DNA from: Lingula anatina
Lineage: Eukaryota; Animalia; Brachiopoda
Reading direction: 5' to 3'
Length of the DNA stretch: 64,000 bases
Assembly (NCBI GenBank): GCA_051362555.1
Contig: CM120648.1
Span: 19,836,587 to 19,900,586 of the forward strand
In this document: positions 25,181-37,225 of the stretch, piece after piece
Layout of the letters: the number at the start of each line of letters is the position of its first letter
How positions within the stretch are numbered: position 1 is the stretch's first letter
Translations under genes and position numbers: made by a program
The notes under the pieces: generated by a model
Seen by the model: the letters and a program-made list of their open reading frames with translations, nothing else
What the model was told of the DNA's origin: nothing
Database searches by the model: none

Positions 25181-28100
25181 GGCCTAACCTTGTTCATTTT
25201 AGTCGACAGACTAAGCTAGAAGAAAGAACAGATCATTATCGCCTCTCTTTACTTAGGAACAATAAGGATGGCTAGTGGCAGCATTTATAAGTTCTTTTAT
25301 TTAGAAACTTTCCGATCCTTTGTCTGGGACTGCGTCCGAGAAACGGCGATAACAACAGAGACGTCCTCGAACATTTTGGACTCAGTGCAAATAAAAAAAA
25401 AAATCCGTTAAGAAGTAGCCTTTAAATGTCCCGGCAAATAACTTTGCGATGGCTCAGAGAGTTCTAGAATGAATGACAAGCAACGACATTAGGGTTAATA
25501 ATAGACTAAAAACTATCAGAGTGTAGGCCTGTCTTAGGCCTACTTCATTTCTAAGGCCATCTTGTGATACGAGTCATGCTACACTATGATTTAATATAGG
25601 GATACCATCGATAGTATATCAATAGAAAATCGCAATCCTCAAATGTTTTTTAATTCATTAAATATAAACGGTCTTTTCTCGTACAATGGGTCTGGTATAG
25701 TTGTATTGGCCTATCAGTTGGAAACACGTGGTTCGTCTACAATTGCAAATGGCGGAGGTGCCGTGGTAGTTATTGTCGTAAAATTAGCTGGATACGGTGC
25801 ACGTGAGAAAATTATTCATTAAATTTAGTTTTCGAGCGTCAGCTTAATCTGGTAAAATGCGAGACGAAAAAAAATCATAGATAGAGCCTTATGACCCACT
25901 GTAGAATGATGCCGAATAATACATCAACGACGTAGTTTATCGGCAGATAAACGTGTTTCCATTCTCGGCTGACTGAGGAAAGTTTTGAGAGAGCATTTAA
26001 AGAAGAGGCGGTAGAACCAATAGTGAGTAGGAAGTGTGCTGCAATCAAGACGAACAATACCGATCATAAGTGGACAGCTAATAACCCCTAATTAAGCCCG
26101 GGTTACGCGCTGCTGTGTTGACTCCTTGCTGGGGAGCGGTAGCGGCCTCCTACTGCTGTGAGTAATCACGCATTGTCTTCTAACCTGCGGCTTAGTTGAC
26201 TCCTTGCTGGGAAGGGGTAGCGGCCTCCTACTGCTGTGCGTATTCAAACATTGTCTTCTAACATACGGCTACACGACGGTTGCATTGTATTAATAAAGTA
26301 AAACCTATTCATAAGGAAGGGGGCGGATGGTAATTTTACGAGAATTAAATCAGTTACCGATCATACGCGTACCAATAGTCGTGTTTTTTTTTAGCTATAC
26401 GGTATATGCCGTCAACAATCGTTTAGCGACCCTATCATTATACACTCTCTCTATTGTATTTTCCACCGCATTAATCGCAGTGTAATCTTCAAATGGTCCA
26501 CGGGGTAAATGTACACATTCTTAATCCTAGTACGGTATGTCAAAACTTTTGACAAATGTCTGTCTAACCAGTAGAGAATAATAGTTATATTATATAGAAA
26601 ATAGTTATATTCAGTGTTTCACGCTTGGGCCAGCATAATCCCTGAACTCATCAGACAATTATATGAAACCTTGCCTCGTAGGCTGGCACCTATTATTAGG
26701 TCACTTGGCTATGCCATAAGGTACTGGACCTGAAAGTGCATATTTTGGTAGAATGTATACTTGGTTCTCATTTTGTGATTTTTTTGTGAAATTTGATGTT
26801 AATAAAATGATACCAGGAGCATAATATTCCACAGTCATTTATCTCCCCCATAGTATTGGTGCAGTAGGGGAGACACTGCTATTGTTCAGTGTGTGTACTT
26901 GCATTTTTTACTAGATTCTATTTTAAAATGGAGATATTAGGCAGTTCTCTGTGAACATTTCATTCGCCTTTGGTGTAAATATTACAAAGGATTATGCAGT
27001 GCAGAGGTCAAATGTCTGATATTAGGGACATTCTGTCCAGCTCTTAAGGAATTATGGGGTAACATTTCATTAAACAGACTTGTAATTATTTCTGAATATA
27101 TGTCTCGCCGTCTACAGGAGACACATGCAGCACTTAGACATTAGCTTCTAAATAACGCAGTCTGATGAGGATAAAATATATGCTCTTGTTGATAATGTAC
27201 ATAAATTTGGTGATAGTTGGCGGGGTCTTATCACTAAATGAATATTTTTACCTCTCTGGAAATCAATATAGAATATCAGATAAGATGGGCATGAATAATC
27301 TAAATCTGCAATGTGGTATAAGATATGGATTTTCACACTGGTATTTTGTTTTATGTACCTTAGCCCATGTTGATTACAGTGTCTGCAATAAAAATATTAG
27401 AGACGGTTAACAGGTCTGATGCGATCATTTGTAAACGAAAGCACATGCAATTGGAGACGTGAAAACCTTTTTGATAAGTGGGTATGTTATAATAGAAATA
27501 TAAGGCCACACTTTTTTATTTTTATGGATGACATCCTCTGGGAACCCCAAAATCGGTGCGAGCGGGCGAAAAAAAAAAAACAGTCAAAAAAAAAAAAAAA
27601 AAAAAAAAAACCTGCTTAAGAAAAGTTATGTGTTCAGTACACAGCTGGAAACACTAATTTACCACAGAAACACGTATCAAACTAACAACATGTCTTTATC
27701 CATGCTCTCAAAATATTAAAGCATTGTGAATATGGCCTACTTCGTAGAAAGGTAAAAAGTCATGAATATACCTTCGTAGAAAGGTAAAAAGTCATGAATA
27801 TATATGCTGCATATTACCAAATCTATTTAAGGTTATTTCATGCATTCTGTTGGTATAGCAATCAATAAAACAAATATAATAAAATATAATAGCGTGTCTT
27901 TATTTGTACTCTCAGAAAATTAAAGCATTGTAAACACTTCACAGAATTGTTTAAAAAAATGAAGCAAAGATAGGCCTTTGCTTCCTACTACCAAATCTAA
28001 AAAAGGTAATTTCGGTCGATGCCATTTTGTCTACTTCGACTCACACGTAGCAGCCAACTATCGGGTGGCCTGTCCGACCTTCAGTCCACCAAATACCACG

Positions 28101-28519
28101 ACGCTCTTGTCGACCCTTTTTTCGCTACAAAAAAACCTGGTATGTGCTGCTTTGGACAGAATGTCACTGAAATTTTCCGGGAGATGATCGCTGGCCGCGG
28201 CCAGCCTTTCGTATAATTGTAAAAGGGTGATATCTCCATGACAATATCAATGGCAAACCAATCCAAAACGATGGCCCCGTTCTCTTTATGACTTTAATTG
28301 TCGTGTATTTTGAAATGAATGCTAGAGATGAATTTGACGGCAAAGCTGCCATATTTCCACGTGGTGATAATACGCATGCGCAGAAAGCTCATTTTCCGCA
28401 CTCGGAACTACTCGGATGTCTCCGCAGTTGACAATGACAGTATGGAGGTTGCGGAATAAGCCGAGGATTGCCGATTGCATTTTCCGGTAAATTCAATAAA
28501 GACGTTTGCGACAACCGAC

Positions 28520-29620
28520 TTCACATTAAGCACAACATACCATACAATCTAGCTCGAAGACTATGCACAATTGTCTCAAAGGAAACCACATTAAAACAAA
28601 GGCTCAAAGAGCTGGAAGGATTCCTATTAAGGAGACAATACCCAAGACAACTGATACAAACTGGGATTAAAAAGGCAAAACAGATACCGAAGAATGACCT
28701 GAGGACCACCAAAGACAAAATTAAAATTAAAAAGGAAGCCATACCGTACATATCAACATATAATCCAAAAAATCCGGAAATACACAAGGTCATAACTGGA
28801 AACTTACCTTTGGTAAAACAAGATGACAAAATGAATGAGATACTAACCGAAATGCAGATTATAAAGAGTAAGAGACAAAGTCCATCACTAAAGCAAATTT
28901 TAACAAAAGCAAAAATTGAAAACAATTCCAGGACATATGTGGAAACCTCAACAATACGAGTACAGAAATGTGAGGTACCCAGGTGTGGCACCTGTCCACT
29001 AATTAAGCCATATAACATTTAAAAATGGACTTACATTCAGAATCAAACACCCATTCACCTGCACTAGCTCAAATTTAATCTATGTATTAACTTGCAGTGG
29101 ATGCGGTGAGAACTATATAGGACAAACTGGAGACACTCTCTGACATAGAATAACCGTTCACAGACAACAAATAACACAACCTAAATATCAGTGCACGTCT
29201 GTGAGTGGGCACATTAGGGAATGCTCTATGAAAGAACTATTTAGGACAAACTGGAGACACTCTCCGACATAGAATGACCGTTCACAGACAACAAATAACA
29301 CAACCTAAATATCAGTGCACGTCTGTGAGTGGGCACATTAGGGAATGCTCTATGAACAAATACAAGGATTTTACGGTATTCCCATTTTATAAATTCACCA
29401 GGGAAACAACCCAAACAGAAAGGGAAATAAAAGAAAATCTATTCATTAATAAGTATAAACCTACATTGAATAGATAAAAGCATTGGTAAAAGTAACAATA
29501 AACACTCATTGTTAAAGACGTCACACTTAAGCCTTTATGACATCACCTAGTAACAAATAAACAAAACCCCCTGAAGAAAGAAAGAAACCGGTCGGGGCAA
29601 GAAAGTTGCTGTTCTTCTTT
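28520..29620 (+). mobile_element. 5'-truncated Penelope-like retroelement (RT thumb plus GIY-YIG endonuclease)
   Basis: HIKHNIPYNLARRL...IPYISTYNP...CxxxRCGTC, then NLIYVLTCSGCGENYIGQTG. Frameshifted, with an internal duplication of about 120 bp. Confidence 0.9.
29567..29597 (+). ncRNA. Minimal type I hammerhead-ribozyme-like motif in the Penelope 3' repeat
   Basis: CCCC-CTGAAGA-aagaaa-GAAA-CCGG-TC-GGGG: core boxes, palindromic stem III, stem I. Stem II is degenerate. Confidence 0.55.
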
Positions 29621-29722
29621 TTCTTTTATTATATATAATATTACTCGTACAGGAAAAACGTTTTCATTTTTAATATATATATATAATTGTTATTTTTATT
29701 TTCATTATTTTTATTATTTCAG

Positions 29723-30517
29723 GTTTACAAATGTAGTTGCAAAATGGCCAGGTTCAACTCATGACAGCTTCATTTTCAACCAATGTGCTATACATGAGAT
29801 GTACGAAGCAGGAATGCTGCCAAGGAGTTATCTACTCGGAGACAGTGTGTATGCTCTGTCTCCTCTCATGATGACACCAATCCTGCACCCGATCACTGCA
29901 GAAGAAGAGGCCTATTCTGAGAGCCAAAGGAAAACCAGGAGTGTTGTTGAACAGGCACTTGGTGTAACTAAAGGCAGATTCAGGTATGTTTACCCTTTAT
30001 GGTATATAAATCTAATCCCTATTGTGATAACACCCATTAACTAAGTTTGTGTATTTACTTTCATCAATCAGTTCCCAACCTACATTCAATAGGGTGACTC
30101 CCCTTTTCACCCACACCCACACATAATTATAAAACCTGGCAAATAATTGTGTTTCAAAAGTCTTGATTATAAATCATAATAACGTTATCTAGTCAAAAAA
30201 AAAAGTCTTATAAATTTGTGATTTATTGTTTCCTGTAAGAAATATAATCCAATGTTCTGATACAATAATATCTTCTTTATTTTAGGTGTATGCACAAGAA
30301 TGGTGGCCATCTCTGGTACACCCCAGAGATGTGTGGGAGAATCATCATAGTCTGTTGTATCCTGCACAATTTTTGTCAGAAAAACAACGACCCGCACCAT
30401 GAGGATGAAGATCCTGACATTCATGCAAGTGTTCATGACAATGTGTTCGTTGGTCCCGTACTTTCCTCTGGTCTCAGGACCAGGGAAGAAATAATCAGGA
30501 ACTTCTTTACACATTAG
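29723..30517 (+). CDS. PIF/Harbinger DDE transposase, last two exons (29723-29983, 30286-30517)
   Basis: FTNVVAKWPGSTHDSFIF...LLGDSVY...RSVVEQALGVTKGRFR|CM...IIIVCCILHNFC. GT-AG intron; 5' exons not found. Confidence 0.9.
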
Positions 30518-31300
30518 TCATGTACACCTGCCTCGATGTCAGGATCTTCAACTCAGCAGCCACATGAATCTGCCTTATGGTACACCAAGAGCCTTTTCAA
30601 CAACACTTCTGTATTTTGACTCTCAGAAAATGCCTCTTCCTCTCAATGATCGGCCCCAGGATTAATGACATCATGATTGGAGACAGTGGAAATACTGCCA
30701 CTGAGTGGGAAGCCACTTGGCATTTCCTACCTTGTACATCTCTTGTATGGTACAGATATTGAAAATGAAGCTGTCGTGGGTTGTTAGCCAGCCCACCTTG
30801 GAACTACATTTGTACACTGAAAACTTTCCACAAACAAACATATTCACATCAAAGGAATCAGGATGGAACTTTTATTGGAGCTAGAATAGCACTGATGGCA
30901 CTGATGACCTTCTGGAAGCCGAATATATGTTTAACTCTCCTAACATCTCCCTCTTTACTTGGGAACTTGATATGCAGTGCATGGACACAGCATGGATACC
31001 GACAATGATGCCAGATCAAGGTTGTCTCTCTGCCACCACTTTGATCTGACCCAGTAGAGACTACATGTAAAGCAGCAATAATTGGTGTAGCAAGCACTTG
31101 TGACAGTGTTTAAGACCTCGTGGTCAGTCTTCTTTAAGGTTCTTCATTGATCCCTTGAGTCAGTTTGAGCACATTCTCTGAAGTCATGCAGGATCTCTTA
31201 TGAAATAGATGAGGTTGGAACTCTAGCATAGGATCTCTGAGCCTCACACACACACTTCCATATTCTCCTGGTATTTTTCTCTAACTCTCAGTTGGATCAT
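30509..31300 (-). repeat. Diverged inverted (antisense) copy of the Harbinger transposase coding sequence
   Basis: The reverse complement aligns with 30400-30447 and 29723-29983 (e.g. GACAGCTTCATTTTCAA, AGTGTTGTTGAA, AAGGCAGATTCA). Further out it encodes decayed N-terminal motifs (IIAALHVVSTGSDQS, IKFP, GFQKVISAI..ILAPIKVPS). Confidence 0.85.
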
Positions 31301-32282
31301 TTATGAATCATTGTGGGATGAATACGGATTATTGTTTCATTAAACAAAATAATGAAAATTGATGTTCTCTTTAAAATGTCATAATTTATTATATTTTGCA
31401 TATAATACTAAGAACTGAAATTTAAAATAAGTGTACAAAATGACAAAGGTGTACAGGTTTGATTTAATATAACAGCTAGTGTTCATGCAAGAAATTTAAT
31501 AACAAATTCCAGGAATCAAAAAGACTGATACTTTAAGTCAATTACTTTTGAAGTACACTTTCAATGCAAAAAGGGCAAAATAAAATCACTTTAAAGTTTA
31601 TGTAAGAAACAAAACAGACGGTCAAGTTATGTTTTACATAAATTTTCTATTTTATGAAACAATAATATTATGAAAATATAAAATATAAAAATAATATTAT
31701 AAACAATTTCCTAAATGTATATTCTTGTCTAAATTAAAGTTAATAAGTACAATATAAAAATAAAGTCCTTTTCAAGGACAAAAGCAAATGAAAACTATCC
31801 CTTCTAAAAGATTTGTAACAAATTCCAGTTCTTTGCCGAGGTCATAAACTTAGTTTAAAATACAGCACTGAATGATCAAACTGATTCACATATTGAAAAT
31901 TACTGAATGAAAAATACTTAAAAATTATCAAAAAGAAATTGCATAAATTAAAGGAAAAAATAATACAGTCAAGTTGGCATGTATATCCTTATAATCATTC
32001 TTGTACGTAAAAAAATAAGTAACAAAGTTTTATTTTTCATTATATTTGTGGTGGCAGGGTCCACAATAGGGATTTTGCCAATTTTGATGCAATATAACAT
32101 AATAATCAACAGCATATTCACTACAAAATTAAATAATATAAGTATATGTGAAAGTTCACAGTACAGGGATGATGACTGCAACAACAGATGCAACTAATGG
32201 CTAGTACAGTGATGTACAGTAACATACAGCTAGTATGTGTCTTGGCAAAAACATAAAATATCATGATCCCAATAAGATGCAC

Positions 32283-35200
32283 TCACTGGTAAGTATCTAC
32301 AAGAGACTCGCACTTCAGTACATCCAACTTCATTTCACAGTATTCTGTTATTTTTTCAAATAACACTTTGTTACTTTTGTCAATTTCTAAAACCTCCCTT
32401 TCTAACTGTAAACGCTCTTTTTCTACTTTCAACTTCTCCTCTAATGCTAAGCGATCCTTCTCTACGTTGTAAAGCCTTTCACTTACATCTGAAATTTGAA
32501 GATGTATGTAATTAACAATTAAATATAAAAATGATATAATAAGAACTCAATCTTTTCAATATTCTAAATTTTACAGATACTGTACTTTTAAGTCAATGTG
32601 ATAATTTTTCATAAATGAACATATTCCTGTTGAGTTGCAGCAACAAAAATGAAAAGCCGACCATCTGACAATGTTGAACGCTTTCATAAGCTATATGTTT
32701 GAAATTACCAATAAAGTTTCATTTGTTAATAGGTATAGAAATAATTAACTCATATGTTTCAACCAATTATAGACTGAAAAGCACACCTGGCTGCCCACAG
32801 ATGGTAATGCCTATCACAGCCCTCATTTCCCTGATGAAGTCTGGCTGTAAGCAAACACTATATACATAGGTATATACTCCCCGAACAAATGATTTAAGAG
32901 CATTACTTATTCAAACACAAATGTAAATATTAATGTTTATATACCTTGTGATGATGTATGCACCTTCTTCTTTCTACTGGATGAACCGGTTGCTGAAATC
33001 AGCATTTACATGTTAAAATTAGCTGATATAAATAACAATAATCAAAATGCATTTTGATCAAGTGATTATGTAATGTCCTAAATTCATGTGTTAAAATGGG
33101 TGATGTAATTATACATTAAAATATGCAAGTAATCAGAAGCAGTTAACATTGATTGGAAAACATAAAATAAATACATATATTTTAATAAAATCTAAAATTA
33201 AATATAATAAATACCTCTTCTTTTAAATGGTACATGGCAGGAATGTTCATAGCTAACAAAGAAAATAGCAACACTATATATGAACATATGATGATTACCT
33301 TTCCCTGATGTTAACAAATAATATATCTGTATAAGGATGGGTCCCACTCTACAGTGACTCTTGTAAAGTGTAATCTGCATAACTGAATGACATGCCTCCT
33401 CCAGCGGCTACAGGGTACTGAACTTGCATGTGTCAGATTAATTACCTCCTAGGTGTTGAAGAAGGCAAGTCACACAGTAAAGGTATAAGGATCTCACACA
33501 GAGTTGTACCAACCCAACTCAATGTAATAGGCTGTGTTTCCCTGTATGGGGATCTAGGAGATTGCATTCTTTTAATTTTAATTTCAATGTTTCTCTCAAT
33601 ATGATAATTTATATTGTTTTACTTACAACTTTAAACAGATGCATTAGAATATATATGCAATAAGCACCTGTTCTTAAGCCCGTTTCATGACTAGAATCTG
33701 TAGCTTGCACGTCTTCATGCCTAGTATAGATGGAGGTGGATTCTGCATTACTATCATTCCTAGTATAGATGGAGGTGAATTCTGCATTACTATCATTCCT
33801 AGTATTCATGGAGGTGGATTCTGCATTACTATCATTCCTAGTATTCATGGAGGTGGATTCTGCATTACTATCATTCCTAGTATAGATGGAGGTGGATTCT
33901 GCATTACTATCATTCCTAGTATAGATGGAGGTGGATTCTGCATTACTATCATTCCTAGTATAGATGGAGGTGGATTCTCCATTACTATCATTCCTAGTAT
34001 AGATGGAGGTGGATTCTGCATTACTATCATTCCTAGTATAGATGGAGGTGGATTCTGCATTACTATCATTCCTAGTATAGATGGAGGTGGATTCTGCATT
34101 ACTATCATTCCTAGTATTCATGGAGGTGGATTCTGCATTACTATCATTCCTAGTATTCATGGAGGTGGATTCTGCATTACTATCATTCCTAGTATTCATG
34201 GAGGTGGATTCTGCATTACTATCATTCCTAGTATTCATGGAGGTGGATTCTGCATTACTATCATTCCTAGTATTCATGGAGGTGGATTCTGCATTACTAT
34301 CATTCCTAGTATTCATGGAGGTGGATTCTGCATTATTATCATTCCTAGTATAGATGGAGGTGGATTCTGCATTACTATCATTCCTAGTATTCATGGAGGT
34401 GGATTCTGCATTACTATCATTCCTAGTATAGATGGAGGTGGATTCTGCATTACTATCATTCCTAGTATAGATGGAGGTGGATTCTGCATTACTATCATTC
34501 CTAGTATTCATGGAGGTGGATTCTGCATTACTATCATTCCTAGTATAGATGGAGGTGGATTCTGCATTACTATCATTCCTAGTATTCATGGAGGTGGATT
34601 CTGCATTACTATCATTCCTAGTATAGATGGAGGTGGATTCTGCATTACTATCATTCCTAGTATTCATGGAGGTGGATTCTGCATTACTATCATTCCTAGT
34701 ATTCATGGAGGTGGATTCTGCATTACTATCATTCCTAGTATTCATGGAGGTGGATTCTGCATTACTATCATTCCTAGTATTCATGGAGGTGGATTCTGCA
34801 TTACTATCATTCCTAGTATTCATGGAGGTGGATTCTGCATTACTATCTTTCCTAGTATAGATGGAGGTGGATTCTGCATTACTATCATTCCTAGTATTCA
34901 TGGAGGTGGATTCTGCATTACTATCATTCCTAGTATTCATGGAGGTGGATTCTGCATTACTATCATTCCTAGTATAGATGGGGGTGGATTCTGCATTACT
35001 ATCATTCCTAGTATAGATGGAGGTGGATTCTGCATTACTATCATTCCTAGTATTCATGGAGGTGGATTCTGCATTACTATCATTCCTAGTATTCATGGAG
35101 GTGGATTCTGCATTACTATCATTCCTAGTATTCATGGAGGTGTATTCTGCATTACTATCATTCCTAGTATAGATGGAGGTGGATTCTGCATTACTATCAT

Positions 35201-36877
35201 TCCTAGTATTCATGGAGGTGGATTCTGCATTACTATCATTCCTAGTATAGATGGAGGTGGATTCTGCATTACTATCATTCCTAGTATTCATGGAGGTGGA
35301 TTCTGCATTACTATCATTCCTAGTATAGATGGAGGTGGATTCTGCATTACTATCATTCCTAGTATTCATGGAGGTGGATTCTGCATTACTATCATTCCTA
35401 GTATTCATGGAGGTGGATTCTGCATTACTATCATTCCTAGTATAGATGGAGGTGGATTCTCGTTACTATCATTCCTAGTATAGATGGAGGTGGATTCTGC
35501 ATTACTATCATTCCTAGTATTCATGGAGGTGGATTCTGCATTACTATCATTCCTAGTATTCATGGAGGTGGATTCTGCATTACTATCATTCCTAGTATAG
35601 ATGGAGGTGGATTCTGCATTACTATCATTCCTAGTATAGATGGAGGTGGATTCTGCATTACTATCATTCCTAGTATTCATGGAGGTGGATTCTGCATTAC
35701 TATCATTCCTAGTATAGATGGAGGTGGATTCTGCATTACTATCATTCCTAGTATTCATGGAGGTGGATTCTGCATTACTATCATCTACATAAGAACAAAT
35801 ACATGTACTTTATTACCAAACATTACATTTAAACCACTTTCAAGAACTAAGTTGAATAACTTGGTCACATATTTCTTCCAAAGCAGTTATTACAATTTCA
35901 TACATCAAATTCATACACTGTACATTGTAGCTATATCATTTGACCTTTACTAGACTAATTCATTATAATTAAATTTCATACCTATGAACAACTGGCTGTC
36001 GTTTCCAGCCAATTCTTTGATACCCTCTACTGCAGTTTCTCCAATTATCTCTATTACCTGATCAGTATAAACATACAGAGATATATGTATATATAAAATA
36101 TGCCTCCTGGTGATTGGACATTCCAATAGGGCATGTCTGTGAAACTCAGTGTTGACGTATTCATATTCACAGAGTCAGTCTAAGTTAATTACTCTACTTA
36201 ATATCATCTTGATGTTCTTAAAGCAATTAAATATAAAACGAAGTTAACCATTGTGCAATTTAATATACAAATTCATTTTTTTAAAATAAATAACAAAATA
36301 ACACCTTCTTCTTCCACTCTGACAGTGGACTGGGCCCCACACCACCACCTGTCTGCCGCATTGCTGCACGGCGTTTGGCCTCTTTGCGCTTAGTGCGAGA
36401 CGTGAGGTCATGCCATTTTTTCCTGACCTCTCGGAAACTCCTCTTTATATGTGAAACACTGTTAACTCTAAAAGGAAAGCATTCATAATTTTAATAAAAA
36501 AAATATATATATAAGAATCACCACTTTATTGCTTCATCATACTGTGCATGACCATGTCAAGATGTGTTAATAGAGAGCAATTACAATTACTTTTATTGAA
36601 TAACTACAACAACATACCAAACTAAATCATCAATAAGCAATAATTAAATATAATGGATATAATTTTAACATGGCAAAACAGACTACGATTAACAGAAAAG
36701 GACTGTTAATCATAATTATTCAACTTACTTTTCGGCAACTTTAGCCCATTGTTTTTCTTTGGACTTTAGAGTCACGGTGTTGGTGAAGGGGCTAAATACT
36801 GTAGGTCTACACGAGACCTCCTCCACCAACACCGCGAGCTCATCGGTTTTATAACGCTCCCTGCTGTGTTTCTCCAT
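32283..36877 (-). CDS. Harbinger-associated Myb/SANT-like DNA-binding protein (exons 36877-36729, 36467-36305, 36057-35982, 35784-33668, 32992-32945, 32488-32283)
   Basis: MEKHSRERYKTDELAVLVEEV...QWAKVAEK|VNSVS...EVRKKWHDL...RQTGGG...|VIEIIGETAVEGI...|repeat exon|...EKERLQLERE coiled coil. Splice phases are compatible; 1-bp frameshift near 35461. Confidence 0.85.
33720..35784. repeat. 39-bp minisatellite, about 53 copies, two interspersed variants
   Basis: Unit CCTAGTAT(AG/TC)ATGGAGGTGGATTCTGCATTACTATCATT; the minus strand encodes TRNDSNAESTS(IY/MN). Confidence 0.97.
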
Positions 36878-37225
36878 TTCACGTGCGATTTACTATCGTC
36901 CCTCAAAACAAAAAAGAACCGCTAGGCGTATGTATGCGTGTGTTCGAGACTATAATTGTACTTCCGGACAGGCATTTATTGCGTTGCGTTTGCTAAGGCT
37001 TCGAGATATCAGGTGGGTGCAATCGCACTAGCAAATAGCGCACGCTAGCTATGCTATAGCGCGTGCGCAACATAGCGATCCTTTCGAGATTCTGAGCCCA
37101 GCTCTCTCCAACACTACGGTCCTGGCAACAAACACAGCAGACACATCAAAGCCGAATACGTCCTCACCTGTCCCGATGGCAATCACAGTGCTATCCCCGG
37201 GACAAAGTCCAATCCGGAGACCAAT

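Larger units (their letters stand above)
16108..26895 (+). mobile_element. Tc1 element split by about 9.4 kb of inserted DNA
   Basis: TA|CACACACTGGACAATAGAAGTGTCACCCC ... GGGGAGACACTGCTATTGTTCAGTGTGTG|TA. Transposase at 16330-17200 (GRPRKTTVREDRRL, QDDNAPCH, ENVWND) resumes at about 26620-26725 (AWASIIPELIRQLYETLPRRL). Confidence 0.8.
29723..37098. mobile_element. PIF/Harbinger transposon with convergent transposase and Myb genes; left end missing
   Basis: Two-gene organisation. Candidate right terminus CTTTCGAGATTCTGAGCC|CAG (CWG-type target). No matching left TIR seen. Confidence 0.75.

Noticed and set aside
28521-29018. 165-aa hydrophobic minus-strand ORF
   Set aside because: Antisense to the A-rich Penelope ORF.
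29723-30517. Domesticated HARBI1 host gene
   Set aside because: It lies beside a Myb partner and a candidate TIR, lacks its 5' exons, and has GDSVY in place of GDSGY, so a transposon copy is more likely.
33687-35483. 598-aa plus-strand ORF of GGGFCITIIPSI repeats
   Set aside because: Shadow frame of the 39-bp minisatellite. Only the minus-strand frame is tied to splice sites and a gene.
33720-35784. CRISPR-like array
   Set aside because: Head-to-tail repeats with no unique spacers, in a eukaryotic context with no cas genes.
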